A stretch of 64,000 nt of DNA from Octopus vulgaris (GCA_951406725.2 OX597828.1:30752001-30816000); one strand, 5' to 3'. Shown: positions 25,685-40,160, numbered from the stretch's first letter. Numbers and translations: made by a program. Notes: generated by a model from the sequence alone, not told the origin.

Positions 25685-26184
25685 TCTACTACACTGTCTC
25701 ACGTGACCAGCCAGCTACTACTGCCTTTTCGCATCAAGTAGTCAGTGTGGCAACACGTATTTGTTTGTGTCCGTTGCCTTCAGGCACTTTTTCCACAGCC
25801 AACCCTATACTTAACTCGTCCTGTCGAAAGACGCTTGTCCTGACGTCCTGGTTTTGTTATTACTGTTTTTACGTATTTTGTATTCTTATTCGTGCTATCT
25901 TTATTGTTTTTACGTATTTTTGATTTTTTTTTCGAGTAACATCGTCCGTTTTCCGTCACTCTGTTGTATACTTTCGAGGCTTTCTTCCAAGGAATCTAAT
26001 GCGATTGGCTTAGATTTCCCTTGGTGGCTGCCCAGATCGGAGTAATCTCAAGATTAATCAGCCGAAATTGCGAAGATGATCTGGTTCTTGACTGATGACT
26101 GAGAGCTTCGAAAGTCCCGTCTGTGTTTTTTTGTCGTCTTCTAAATGGTTTACGTTCTTGTCCCAGCTTGTGTATTTTTTAAAC

Positions 26185-26288
<104 letters not shown>

Positions 26289-26389
26289 CTGTGTGTGCGT
26301 GTATATATATAAACACATAGAAACACACTATGTGCATATATTTGTATGAATCGAGGGTTGTTTATTACCTTTACGATTTACTTCTCAAC

Positions 26390-26700
26390 GATAGTTTTGC
26401 CGGCCTGAAATATATAACTCAAGACGTTCACAATATGTGACAGGCACAAAATCTCAACCAAGATTCATCTGCTTGTCGTGTAGACGTACCCCAATGTCGC
26501 TTCTGTTTCTGTAACAGTGTTCCGTGATTTCTTCAAATAACATAAACACAAGAAGGCATGTATTGAGGACGCTTGACGAAATAAAGAAAGCTATTATCGG
26601 TATTTGTTCGAATCATAATATTCCTTATTAATCCTACAGTTAGCCCTTTCCAATTTCTTATGCGATAATGCTGTTTCAATGTACTCGTTTTTACATTTTC
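26390..26700 (+). pseudogene. Decayed Cys-loop receptor remnant
   Basis: CRPEIYNS (26398; WxPEI..NS), SACRVDVPQCRF (26468; Cys-loop start), QCSV, ISYAIMLF (26653; M2). Confidence 0.5.
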
Positions 26701-27477
26701 ATTACAAATTTATATTTCAACGCGTACACGATAATATCATTCATGTGAGACTTTATAGAAATAAAGTCTGAAGATATCTTTCGATCGAGGAAGAAATATT
26801 TTTCTATGTTAATATAAGAACGTGATACATAGAGGCGATACATGCAAAAATAGGCTTTATACAATTGTTGCTAGAAAAATATTAAATATATTACGTTCCT
26901 AAAATATATTTTAGGATAAAAACAAATTACAAATTGGAAAGTTGTTTTGTGTGAATGTTTGTATGTGTTTCTCTTTCTGTTCAATATAAAAGGAGAAATT
27001 AAATTTCACTTGAATTTTAGATTTCTATATTACGTTTATGTAAAATTCCTGCTTTCATATTGAGTTACCATTCGATATATTTACTTTTTTTTATACAGTG
27101 TGAAACGGATTACGTGCATATTTTTTTCATTATAAGTGAATATCTCTGAAAATTTACTTGTGAAATGCTGTATACAGTTGCCATAATACACAAGTATATT
27201 CCCCACAGGACATACATACATGTGTGGGTGTGTTAGATTTCACTTACGCATTGTGAGATTAATGAACTAGTGTAGAAAACAAAATATGTTTCAGAACAAA
27301 GTGTTAAACGAGTATAGAAGGGTAACAAGAAAAATGACTGACACAAGAAAAACGATGGGTAACTTATACATTCCATTAGTTTACAGTTGTTTCTGTTGTA
27401 AAATGCAGGGAAATCGCAGTTGAATGCCTGAACCGCAGAAACACCAGTAAGCTAATAAAGTTCATGACATAACCATA

Positions 27478-27512
<35 letters not shown>

Positions 27513-27651
27513 TAAATAGATAGATAGAACAGACAGATAGATAATGCCGTAAACTAGAAAAACAATCACAACTCGCGTGGAAATAAAGTTTTCCTTTATT
27601 TTATATCAATGGTCTCCTGTAAGTCGAACTGTCGTGTACAAAATAACTACC

Positions 27652-27739
<88 letters not shown>

Positions 27740-27779
27740 AAAAAGAAGTTTGAAAACGCCACTATATTAGATAAATTTT

Positions 27780-27960
27780 AACTTTACATGTTTCGGTTCT
27801 TGAAAAAACGAACCTTATGAAAAAAATTTATTATAAAAAGTATAATGGAACAGTTCATAATCGTTACATATATTCAATAGAATCCATGTTCTTGAAAAGA
27901 CGAACCTTATCAAATATATTATAAAGAGTATAATAGAAAAAATCCATAGTCGTTCCTTAC
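27780..27960 (-). repeat. ~92-bp tandem repeat with hammerhead-like fold (PLE-type end)
   Basis: gttcttgaaaa..cgaaccttat..ttataaa.agtataat at 27796 and 27888; minus strand GGTTC/GAACC-GAAAC-ATGTA. Confidence 0.5.
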
Positions 27961-28759
27961 TGTTTTGTCGAGTGTAGTGGAGAAGTTCATTATAGATTTC
28001 TTGCTGGTATCAAAAGGAACCGCTTTTGTGTTACCTTGTGTTCCAATGGAAGCAACAGTAGTGATTCTTGGTCGTCGTCTGTTGGTCGTAATTTTGGTAA
28101 CCTTGGTGGTGGTTGGGGTTATATCAGCTAATCTGTGGCTGTGACAGCAGAAGTAGCCGTAGTAAAGGGCTGTTGATCGTAGTAGCAACAGTGGTCGGTT
28201 CTCTGGCACTGTTCACTGACGTCACTTGGAATTATGTTTTTTTAAATTTCTACCTATTTCTTATTCTAGAGATCAATACCTAACGCTCTGGTGCCTTTCT
28301 GTTAAATACCAACCTTTATGATCTCATCCAGTGCATGAGAAATAGCAGCCAAATCTTCCTATCACAATCTTAATTACAGATAATTGATATAACATAGCCC
28401 TACTTTGATTCGGACGAAAGTAAAACGTCCGACGTTCGCAGCTGGAGGCCATCTGGTCATCAGTTGCTTTATTAGTAATGACTTCGAGTAAATAAACATT
28501 TATTACTCATATATCAATAATAGATTGAATATGCAACAATCGGTTTTCTGACAGAAGTTTACATTTATATAAAGCTGACAACTTTGACATTTCACAATCA
28601 CCTCCGCTAAGTGTTATTTCATTAAGAATATCCTATTGATTAAGTCGATTAAGTCATGTTACCAATATATTGACAATTCTATTCGTTTTGAAATACTGTA
28701 TTTGTTTGGGTCGATATTTTCATTTGGAGAAAATTATCATCTTCGTGTGATTTTCCTGT

Positions 28760-29300
28760 TCTCGTTACACTGCTATCACAAAGATAACTTATTTAGACAT
28801 ACTGTGAATAACGGCTGAATAGATGCCCCTACAAGACTAACCAGAATGAAATATGCGTACTCTGTGAGTGATGAGCAGCACAGTGCGAAGCACCATAATT
28901 TTGGTTGCATCATTTAAATGAAATGAAAATAGGTATGATTATTCAGAAAGAGTCTCCTCACTTCGTATGCCATATGTACTTGGTAAGGACCCTTTCATAG
29001 AAGCAGGTTGTGTGAGAAATTCATAACTGAACATTTTAAAAAGATTCTGCAAAAAGAAATTATGATGATACAAGTGGCAATAACTTGCTATCACCAAAGA
29101 TTTCTTTGGCAAATGTTGCAATGCTTTGATATTGTCTGGTATGTTGCATCTCTATAGATTATAGAAAGTGATATTATCGGAACATATGTAAAAGAAACGA
29201 GCTGTTGAAATAATTAGGTTTCGTGGTGTTTCGAATGCTTCTTACTAAATTATATATGTCGAAAGCTATGCAGCTCATCCTGACAATAGTGATTTCCATG
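28760..29300 (-). pseudogene. Decayed Cys-loop receptor remnant
   Basis: IPDNI, VIATCIIIISF, RRLFL / IIIPIFISF (M1), DATKIMVLRTVLL / SLTEY (M2 TVLLSLTVY-like). Confidence 0.4.
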
Positions 29301-30129
29301 CGTTTACGTCCAGTCGCGAGAATCTTATGCAAGTCATACGAATTGACATGTCCTCTACTCTATCATAATTGACTTTCATTTAGGGTACGCATGACAACTT
29401 TGATACCACATTACTTGGAATATGTTTTTAGAGGTACAAATGATTCATGAGGAAGAACTAGTGATTGTAAAACAAAATATTCACACAAATAAATACTGAT
29501 CGAATATAACTGATAATCATCCGGTGTTTCATCCTTCATTCTGCATCAAGAATACATTGTGTGCCTCCCTAATCCAAAATTCACTTCGCAAAACTACCTG
29601 TATTTATTTCAAAATACAAGTAGTTCACTATTGGATTTTTATTTTTTAATTTTTTATATACATTTACATACCTTTCTGTGAAAATTTTCAATGCATAACA
29701 TTCCTGAAATGACTCTCACCCCTACCCCTGCATTATGTAATTTTAAATTCTTTGAGTTAAAGAAAAACGCATCCTTTATACACCAAAATTTCCCATCTGA
29801 AATACCTCTCTCAAAATAACACTGAACATTTTATTTTAGTCTTTGCCTGCTACAGACAGAAAACAATTCTCTAAAATATAGTTCCATTTTCGAGAGGAAA
29901 AAATTTTTTCTGTGCAAATTTAGTCGAATAAAAAATTAAACTTTTCTGTATGTAATTAAAGCGCACAAGCTTCATAAGTTTAAATGTATTTAATATATAC
30001 ATGTATGTATAAATTTACCGTTGATTATATTGAGCTAGCAGGGAAAATATAATGTGAATCCAAATCTAACAGGTAGAAATGTTTATATACAGATTTATAT
30101 ATATGTGTGTGTAAAGTGGTATTTTCTTA

Positions 30130-30930
30130 TTGTATAAATACAAATGTAACCGACCTCATGAAGACATTTTCCCGCGGCGGTATTGACTTGCATCACAAGA
30201 AAATAAAGCTATCTACTTCCTCTTCAACTGAAAGCCGAAAAGGAAATGAGTTTGAATAGAAATTGACTTATGTGATAGAAAGATTAGATTGTCCACAAGA
30301 TACCACTTATTAGATTAAATAATTTTTGCCTTAAATAAACACATGGCATGACACTTTGTATTGAGATGTGCGAATGAAATAATTCATGTAATACGATTAA
30401 CTATATTCTAATGTCAGAATGAATGTCAGCTTTTTGTAAAAGGAAATCTAACATGAACGATTATGCGATCTCATTGCATCTAACATGATTTGACCATATC
30501 TTCATACAGTTGACTCCTTGGTGTTGATAGTTTATACGTCAGACACCGGCCAACACCTATGTATGTAAGTATGTATGTATGTATGTATGTATGTATGTAT
30601 ATGTATGTATGTATGTATGTACGTACGTATGTATGTATGTATGTATGTATGTATGTATGTATGCATGTATGTATGAATGTATGTGTGTCTGTGTGTCTGT
30701 GTGTATGTATGTATAAAGGATGTTCAGCCTACGTATTTTTTTCAGAAATAGCATGATGCATCGGTGAACATTCAGAAGGGTGACATCTCATAGATATTAA
30801 AGAAGTTAACTGACATAAAAGGTGTAAAGCTATTTGAGTATTGGATAAGAGTTACGTGTATCACGATGATTCACGTCGGGTATCAGCATGCTTATATCAA
30901 CAACATGTTGACATTGAAAAGAAAGGTGTA
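30130..30930 (+). pseudogene. Decayed Cys-loop receptor ligand-binding domain, split by a microsatellite
   Basis: WHDTLY*D (30344), YSNVRMNVSFL*KEI*, DLIASN, LLGVDSLYVR (30514), [TATG repeat], CSAYVFF..*CIGE (30721), YINNMLTLKRK (to 30925). Confidence 0.6.
30558..30715. repeat. (TATG)n/(TG)n microsatellite
   Basis: Direct reading. Confidence 0.95.
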
Positions 30931-31204
30931 AGCCATGTCGTGGACAATTGCAACGTAAATAACGAATATGTGACCATCGGGAATGCGGCATCTCCAGCGA
31001 AGATGATTCCAAGCTGCCTCACACCTTCATCGTGGTCTGAGATTCAATGGAGACATATATGTGAAGTTGCAGGTGACTTTGAGCAAAGCTTGACTGGAGG
31101 TGGCTGCTGCTGGTGGGCCGTATGCATGGCAGTAGAATTCAGCTGATTTCACCCATATCTTCTATGTTTGCAGTGGTAGTTTATGCATCACAGAAAGGTC
31201 AACA

Positions 31205-31329
<125 letters not shown>

Positions 31330-31389
31330 GTATGCATACATGTACGTGTATATGTATCTATGTTTGTTTGTACGTATTTATGTAGATGT

Positions 31390-31720
31390 AAAATGTCACA
31401 TCTAGTTGTTGGTGAATTCCCGCGACCTCATCTGCTTTCAAATTCTCCCCATTCTAATATCATTCTTTACTCTGTATGACTCGCGGTTAACAAGGAGACC
31501 ATCCGCTCCCCTTCCAGCACCAACGCCAAGTTGGTGGCAGAGTTCGAGTAGGTGTTCAGAGATCTCGGAAATAAAGTTAAGAATGCAAGCACAAGGCCAC
31601 AAAGAGACCTGAGTGCATGGTGGTAGCTGAGTGTGGCTTCTTTGAGTATATTGTATTCTCTTAACTATAATCAAATCGATATTTAATTTTTTTTTTAAAT
31701 TTTAAGTTTAATTTAAAACA
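31390..31720 (+). mobile_element. Tc1/mariner (maT/DD37D-like) transposase C-terminal fragment
   Basis: [52 protein letters not shown]. Confidence 0.55.
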
Positions 31721-32970
31721 TTTTTCAAACATGCTTTCATTTGCGAATGGGATATGGATATGATATTGTTTTCTTCTTCAGTTACGTAACTTCTCAATTT
31801 AAGCCTAAACACATTTATCTACCCGAGCAGATACTGTTGTAGCTTTCGCTTATGGTTCGGATTACGGCTAACCGCTTCGATTAGTATCTAACGACCATGA
31901 CTATTAGGTGTTGTGACTTTGTCAGTTCCTCCGATGAGTAATTCCGTGTTAGTTTCCCTGGATGGTATTAATATCTAGATTGTATATTAGAAATAATTAT
32001 AACGAAATAGAATATGGAGACTGGTACATCCTCAACATATATTACCGTTTATTTTACAATGTCATTTTATGGTTATGACGACCATAAATTTTTATGGTTA
32101 TGACGACCTACACGTATTTCCAGTGCACCCAGTATGGGCATTTGCATATGCAACCGGGCATAATATTCTGTATAGATTCGTTCGGGGTTTCCTAAATAGC
32201 CTGGCCCCAAGCGAGCTAAAATCAGTTAGTTATTTATTGGTTAGTGTTCCGGGAGAGGGGATGTTGTTTTTCACCTGAAATCTGATCTGTTTGTAAACTT
32301 GTATGGTTCGCCTTAGCTTCACACCAGTTACTGGCCAAAGCAAGGATTCTGTCTAATTGGCTTATTGTATTAGATAGTTACTTAATAAGCTTATTTTCAA
32401 GTATAGTTCTTCTAATGTATTTTTATCTAAGACGATTCACTTTCCTGTTATTTATTCAGATAGTTTTGTGGGTGTGTTATTTATTGAGATGTTTGCCATG
32501 ACTTAATGTTTGCTGTCCTGTTTAACAATTATATATCCGCTGCATCGGAAATCTGTAATGGCTCCATAACTACCATATCGACTTTATCCTTGGAGCGTCA
32601 GTAATCCGTTACATACGTGACCGTTTAGATCACCTGTGAACTAAACCCCCATACTTTGTACGTATATATATATATATATAAATAAATTAATTAATTAATA
32701 AAATAATATATAAATATAAAAATATACATACATACATATATATATATATATATTTTGTATATATATATAAAATTTATTGGTTTAAATTATTTAAATAATC
32801 TTTTATTTTTAACTAAATTAATTTTATGTATTGGCTTATGTTTTTCACTGTTTGATTTGTCTAATAGTGGTTTTATCTCTAATTTAATATAATATAATAC
32901 AATATATTTATACTATAAAATTGGATTTAATCCTAAATCTAATTTTTCCCTGTAAGTTTGAAGTTATTCC

Positions 32971-33042
<72 letters not shown>

Positions 33043-33462
33043 TACTAGCAGTTAAGCCCGGTTTCACCCGATCTGTTTCGATGATATGGGTGTGATCGTT
33101 TTCGGTTAGGTATAATCTATAACAGCGTTTCTCAACCTCATCATTTCGGGTCCCCTGTTTCGATTGGATGTCATAGAGTAACACTCAGTTAGAATAATTA
33201 ATGAAGCTATGGATAAGAACTGGAAGTAAAAATGATGTCAGTTACTCACATCCTCCCACACTCACCCCACCACACAAACTAACTAACGTATACCCACGCA
33301 CGCGCACAACAACACATATAGGCAAACACACACGGACATAAATGTCTGACTTAGTGCCGTTTTGGTAATCTAAATGGCATTATGTACATCAACTGACATA
33401 ATTAAAAACATTCACTAGTAATTGGTTTTGTGGTTGAAACAAAGAGCGGTTATTATGTTATA

Positions 33463-33664
33463 CTTTTACTTGTTTCCGGCACTTGACTGCGGCCATGCTG
33501 GAGCACCACCTTTACTCGCAGAATTCGACTCTATGAATTATTCTTATTAAGCCTAGTGCTTCTTCCGTCGGTCTTTTTGCCGAATCGTGAGGTCACGGGA
33601 ACCTAAACACACTACATCGGTTGTCACGTGATGGTGGGGCGATAACCACTAACACACACACTAA

Positions 33665-33665
<1 letters not shown>
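33463..33665 (-). mobile_element. SINE family B, 3' portion
   Basis: ttttacttgtttccggcacttgactgcggccatgctggagcaccaccttta... aligns with 6095-6300. Confidence 0.85.
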
Positions 33666-33741
<76 letters not shown>

Positions 33742-34359
33742 GTCTGTCTGTCTGTCTGTCTATTTCTGAGTGAGAGATATACAGTAACAGTACCGGATAG
33801 TAATGTTTATATGTCAACACGATGTGGCAGTTGTATAAAGGACGATGTTACCGTTGTTTTCACCCTAGGAAATCATCTTCTCCAGCTGACTATCTACACA
33901 CATATATATTCATGTATGTATATCAAGTATATCGTACATTATTCTACTTTTGAAGCAGCCGTATTGCATGTATTTGTTACATTAATTATACATTATTATT
34001 ATTTTTAATTGAATGTATGTTATCATTGGTTCTTGGTGTCTCGAATACGCAGATCATTATTCTATATCTGCAAGTTTACAGTGGAGCGATGTATTCAATC
34101 CATACACCTTAATTTTTATAACGATTTCTGACTGGATAGTATAAACAATTCCGTAAGATTTATTTATGAATGGGAAAGAATTTGCAACGATAATGCTGTT
34201 ATATTCTCTAACTTTATGTACAATAAATTTTACTACGCTTTACCTATCAAGGATGATTATATGGCTGTTCAAACATGCTATATATCGTTGACTTAATACA
34301 ATGAAGGTATTTACGTGATATGGTCTCTCTCACTCAAATGCAGCACACTACAAATATGG

Positions 34360-34840
34360 AAAGACTATAATTTCTTTATAAAAATGTTAAAGGTGTCCCG
34401 CTGGAGGATAAATTTCCTACTGACTTGAAACTAATTCCAAATCTAAACGATGTTATTTGTCACATGGACAACAGAAATATAACTCAAATCAAGTATGTGA
34501 AAAATAAATCAATATGCTATTCTAAATATTGTGGTCTGCAGAAATTATCGTATTACTTGCATGGACAGTTAACTTTAACAACATTTCCAACCAATATTTT
34601 GCTATATTTTAGTCTGTCCGACATTTTAGCTATCCAACAGACAAATTGGTTGTATTTTATGATGTGGACCTTGTACGCGATATAACATGCTATAAAACAT
34701 AATTTGAAATCCTTTAGAACATAACGAACATGATCCGAGTTAATCAGTAAGATATTGACATTAACATTATTATCGGTTCATTAAGAAGTGAAATATTTGG
34801 AATACATTTCCTATCATAATTTTCCTCACATTGTGAATAT
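34360..34840 (+). pseudogene. Decayed Cys-loop receptor remnant
   Basis: YKNVKGVPLEDKFPTDLKLIPNLNDVI, VTWTTEI*, LWSAEIIV, HGQLTLTTFPTNILLYFSLSDIL / SYPTDK, NTFPIIIFLTL (M1). Confidence 0.5.
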
Positions 34841-34939
34841 AAGCATGATCAAGACGAGAATTCACAAACAATAAGCAATAATAAACGCCTATACATACCC
34901 ACATAGGGACGCTAATTTATGGAGTGAATATTTCTTGAC

Positions 34940-35290
34940 GAAGGTCCAACGTAGCTGATATATCGTCTATACAAAAGTATATAATTTCTTATAAAATATA
35001 TCATATGCAATGCTGTGGTTCTGGTTAATAATTCTGTCAAGAAGTATATGACGCTAAGATACCTGCAAACAAACCCTACATAAGTTGAGTGTGACATCAT
35101 CCAAAGTGTTATGCATTACAAGGAAGTCAGAATATATTGAGATTACTTTCGGTCGAAGTTGTCCCAGGCCATGTCTAATTTAATAGGACCACCTGGAAGG
35201 GATACACAGTTAGCTTTTGGGCACCAAGCAATGGCTTTTATGTGTACCGTACGTTAATTCTCACACTCAAATAATCGAGTGAAAGATTAT
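34940..35290 (-). pseudogene. Decayed Cys-loop receptor remnant
   Basis: One frame: DYLSVRINVRYT*KPLLGAQKLTVYPFQVVLLN*TW, then YFLTELL..RYISY. Confidence 0.45.
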
Positions 35291-36733
35291 AAATGTTCGG
35301 CATTTGCTAGTACACAAAAAGGAAAGAAAAACATGACTTTCTATAATATGTAGTTTGAAATCTCTGTAACAAGATTTAATCTTAATTACAAGTATTTAAT
35401 GTGTCTAAATTATACATGTTATGGCATATTCGAATTGCCATAGTGAATATTGTATACCGTTATATCCATTGCTCATTCAAGATATATATTTTCCTATTTA
35501 TTCATAGCGAGATTGATTAACATTTATCAACACCCTTCTATTGAACTGTAAAACTCTTACTGAATCATACACTCATATTGGTGTGTGTCTCATGGGGTCA
35601 CAGAGGAAAAATTGTCAACATAGTTTGCTAGTCAAATATAAAAATATACGTTATTTGTACCAAGTTCTCTGCGCTTCAAAAATCCCGCTGATGTCAAGTT
35701 TGCATTTTTCCATTCCGCGGAACGATAAAAACAAATGTATAAATTTAAGGCTATAGCGTCTTCGTGAAATATTCATTTTCAGTTCTTCTGCAATAGATTT
35801 GCATATCTTATGTTAAACTCCAAATCCCTATGCTTTCTTGAATTCTGTTACGTTTTATATAATGCAACACATTTCTTGCTCAGAAACACTTAATAAGTTG
35901 TCAGTAGAACCATTGTTGTTTCGTTCTTGTCGCTACATTGAATACAAACAGCTTTCTACACAATTCTGCAAGTCTGTCAGGATTGTATCAGCCAGATGAC
36001 AACGGCCGTTACCTAATTATAAATATAATTAGTTTCACGATATTATAGAATCAATAGGTTATCACCAACTGTGATTTATTTCTAAAAATATTCTGACTGA
36101 ATGAGGAAGCAAAATGAATGGATATTTATGAATATTTATAGTTATCGAAAGTACTTCATTAGGAAAATCAATCACCTGAATTTATGGAATAACGCAAATC
36201 AATTTAAAATTAAATCTCACTGAAATAACAGCAATCTTTTGCTTAATGAAGAAAAATTAAAAACATAATGTAGATTAATTGCATACGTAATGATATTTTG
36301 AAGCGAAGGACAAACTGAAAATGTGATACACATGAAGAATTGTAGTCACTTCCTATTTACTCCGGTTTTAAAATGAAAAGCATTTAATACATTGATAAAG
36401 ATTGGACAATGCACCTCTCAGTGTCTAATATATTTAAGTAAACGTGATTTGGTTAGAGGAATGACTTGTTTAAAATCAATACTAACTATATATATATATA
36501 CTCTGTTGGGCTTGGCGTAAATTTATATATTATATTTAAAAGATATTAATAATTCATACTTACACACGTACGTTTTTGCATTTAATTACATTTTCAGCTT
36601 ACGAATGTGACGAACTATTCATTAAACAACTGCATATCGAATGATATTAACAAGTTGGACAGTGTTAACACCAAAGGTGTTGGTGATAAGCCCAGCAACG
36701 TATTAGGGCAACTACTCAATTGATTAAAGTGAT

Positions 36734-36773
<40 letters not shown>

Positions 36774-36776
<3 letters not shown>

Positions 36777-37671
36777 AGGTCTGTTCAATAAGTATAAGTA
36801 TCTCGAAAGTTGCCATAGTAACGAAGCTAAAGCACGCACAATAAAACCGCTTGCCAATGATTGACCATGAACTGTGTTGTGTATGCTCACTAAGATGTAA
36901 CTTTCTAGCTCACTTTCGTTGTTTACAGCAGTGCTGTGAAGAAAGATGTGTAGCGGGTGATTGTCGCATTGACCATGGCAGAGATAGCTGTCATGACGTT
37001 ATCTGTTCAGAAGCTTACGCATATTTGCAGAAAGAGCGTAGAGATGGATGCATGAGTCGTACACAAGTGTGCGTGTAGTTCAGACGTTTCCAAGAGGCGC
37101 CGAAAAAATGTTGGTATTGACGAACGTTCTGGGAAACCTGCTACCAGCAGAACTGAGAAAAAATATCGTAGGTGTGCGTGCATCTGTGAGGGGAAATCGT
37201 AGAATTAGCATCTGTGGGTTATGAGAGTGTATACTTTTGTTTCGGTTCAGTCTTTTATCACTGACGATTTGGGTATGAGACTCGCGTCTGCCAAGTTTGT
37301 GCCAAAACTGCATTCAGCTGATGAAAATACATTAGTATTTCAGTTGTACAAGTTCTCCTCGATTGTGTCGAGAACGATGAAAACGTTTTGAAAACTTTGC
37401 CTAGGCTTGTGAGCAACCATCGCCAACCTTTTGGCAAACTTCTATGCAGATTATCTGCTCAGCTTTCTCTGTCATAGTCAATGCGACTATCACACGTTAC
37501 ACACCTTCATTCCAAGCACTGTGGTAAACAACGTAAGTGAGCTAGAATGTTAAAACACTTAGTGCCCATGCACACCAGAGTTCAAGATCAATCCGTGCCA
37601 AGCTTTCTCATTCTGCGTGCTTTAGCTTCGTTACTATGCCAACGGTCCGTATACTTATGGGCCAGACAAGG
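36774..37671 (+). mobile_element. Mariner (irritans-like) derivative with long inverted arms
   Basis: Left ~215 bp is mirrored at the right end; interior encodes only the transposase N-terminus (MSRTQV..FRRFQE..DERSGKPATSRTEKNI..LGMRLASAKFVPKL); TA-rich flanks. Confidence 0.88.
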
Positions 37672-37739
37672 TATATAGATATATATAATTGTGTGTGTGT
37701 ATGTTTGTGTGTGTGTGCGTGTGTGCGCGTGTATGTATG

Positions 37740-37921
<182 letters not shown>

Positions 37922-37923
37922 GG

Positions 37924-37959
<36 letters not shown>

Positions 37960-38779
37960 GAGGTGTGTGTATGTACGTGTGTTTGTAAGACTAATTCCCA
38001 GTATTTAAAACTAAATACTGGGAATTCGTAAACGGTATATAGCATTTATAAACCATGTGGAGATCGACTGTTGACCATCCTAATGATATCCCCTATCCTA
38101 TCTAAGCACTATCCTTACATTTTACATCGTATGTATTAGAAATTAAGTTTCAGTCATTTGCTGAACTAGGGTAAACAGAATGAAAATAGTCAAATGTCTC
38201 TGAAATTAACTTTTTCCCACTGCTACACATGGCAGAATTCCCTTTGTTGTGTTTGTTATACAAAAACATAACGCAAAACATCTCTATTGCTTTAACACAT
38301 ACTCAATAGCCTACTGTTCAATGGCAACATATGTCTAAATTTCGTGTTTGTTTCTATCTTTGTGAATTTATCCGTAAAATCAGATCCAGTACGAACAGCA
38401 CAACCACAGTACCACTGGTAACAGAAAAAAAACACACACTCACAAAAAGAACAGCGATACAGAGAAGCTCCGTTCACCACCTTCACCCATTTATATAAAA
38501 AAGAAAACAAAGAGTAAATTAATTGATAATATTAAACAACAAATTCTATTTCAAAGCAAACTATTTAGAAAAGGGAACGGCTTGAAAGTCTATATAACAT
38601 TAAGACGTATATTTTAAGCGACGACTTTTGAAGAAACACAAATATTAAATCCCCGTGTAATGTTGAAATCTTCCACACAAGGCTAGACACAACATGCTTA
38701 TACGGTCTTCTCGAGAAAAAAAAACGCCCATATTAAGTGGACAAATTCAACTGGCCTCCTTCAAAGCAAATCTGAGCTG

Positions 38780-38960
38780 GTGTTAAGACCAACATGGCGT
38801 ATATCCATGTTGCCAGTTCTTCTTTTGTCCATCACACAATTCCTTCGCAGTGACGTACCATGCATACCGTCCAAGCGTTGATGTCTCTAATCAGGTTCCC
38901 ATCATTCAGTTTGGATCTACATGGCTTTTTTACACAAAGTTCATGACATTGTTTAATTTG
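38780..38960 (-). mobile_element. R4/Dong-type LINE fragment
   Basis: RSKLNDGNLIRDINAWTVCMVRHCEGIV*WTKEEL. Confidence 0.7.
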
Positions 38961-40045
38961 GTAAACATTTAGGAAATGTACTTTGGAAAGTGTTATATTT
39001 GAGCTGTATAGACATGCATTGTATAACACGCACGCATATATATATATATATATATATGTTTACATATATGAATGTGTATGTATGCATGTATATATATATG
39101 TATGTGCGTGTGTGTGTCTCTATGTCTGTGTGTGCGTTTGTGTGCCTGTGTGCGCATGCATGCGTATGTATGTAAATCACATGTTTTAACTGGCATTTGA
39201 ACGCTACAGTTATGAATGTAGGGAAAATATGAATGAAAGGACGGAAAGTCACAGACAACAGCCTGTGTAATGTCTTACATAGGATGATTAATAATCGAAT
39301 GTTTTGAGAAAGGATATCATTTTCTTCGCAGGTGAAAGGCAAATATCAACATACTGCTTGGCTCGGGCAGGATCGCAAAAACTGAAATATGGAAGAGCGT
39401 CAAAGGAGCAAGTTTACCGCATCGTCCTTCACACTGGTTAACAAAGAACGCATAGGTATCGTATTGGAAACATGTATTGCAATCCTCACATAATACCAGT
39501 ACTGCAACATGTTCTCGGAGGGGTAAGATGGCAGTATAAATGGTGCGTGTCCGGAAACCCCAAAGTCGATCCAACTATGGATAACAGATATGCACTGTGA
39601 AAAAAAACAGCTGAAAATTGGGAAATCCCAGAATAAGATGGTTTGGTAATATGCATAAACATAATTGTGTGCATTTGGAAAGCCAAACGGAAAATCTAAT
39701 AACGATTGCTTCTCTAGGATCCATGGAGGGGATTCCTTGTGGCTACCCTTCAAGAAATAGTAGGCAAAGAAGATTTTTCTAATCAATGACTGTAATTAAG
39801 AAAGATTTTAAAGAAATTTGTGGTTACAAACAATTGTATACTAGAGTTCTATATTTAAGACATGAGGAAGTATGTACATTATTTACAATATTTACATTTG
39901 ACAGATATTTGTTCTCATCTTCTTTGCTGTCAACACAACGTTTCGGCTGATATACCCTCCAGCCTTCATGAGATGTCTTGAGGAAATTTAGAAACCTGGG
40001 TTCTCATTCCTAAGCTATTTTTCGATTTTATTATTACTATTATTA

Positions 40046-40160
<115 letters not shown>

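Noticed and set aside
26092-26122. CTGATGA...GAAA hammerhead candidate
   Set aside because: Stems I, II and III cannot be formed.
33042-33120. Helitron-like termini (actagc..cccgg..; also 44030-44165, 55190-55222)
   Set aside because: Suggestive ends only; could not pair 5' and 3' termini or define boundaries.
35935-36015. Possible minus-strand terminal exon GNGRCHLADTILTDLQNCVESCLYSM*
   Set aside because: Weak acceptor, no partner exons, no recognisable family.
36598-36723. Possible plus-strand exon after ttttcag (LTNVTNYSLNNC...)
   Set aside because: Short, no convincing donor or homology.
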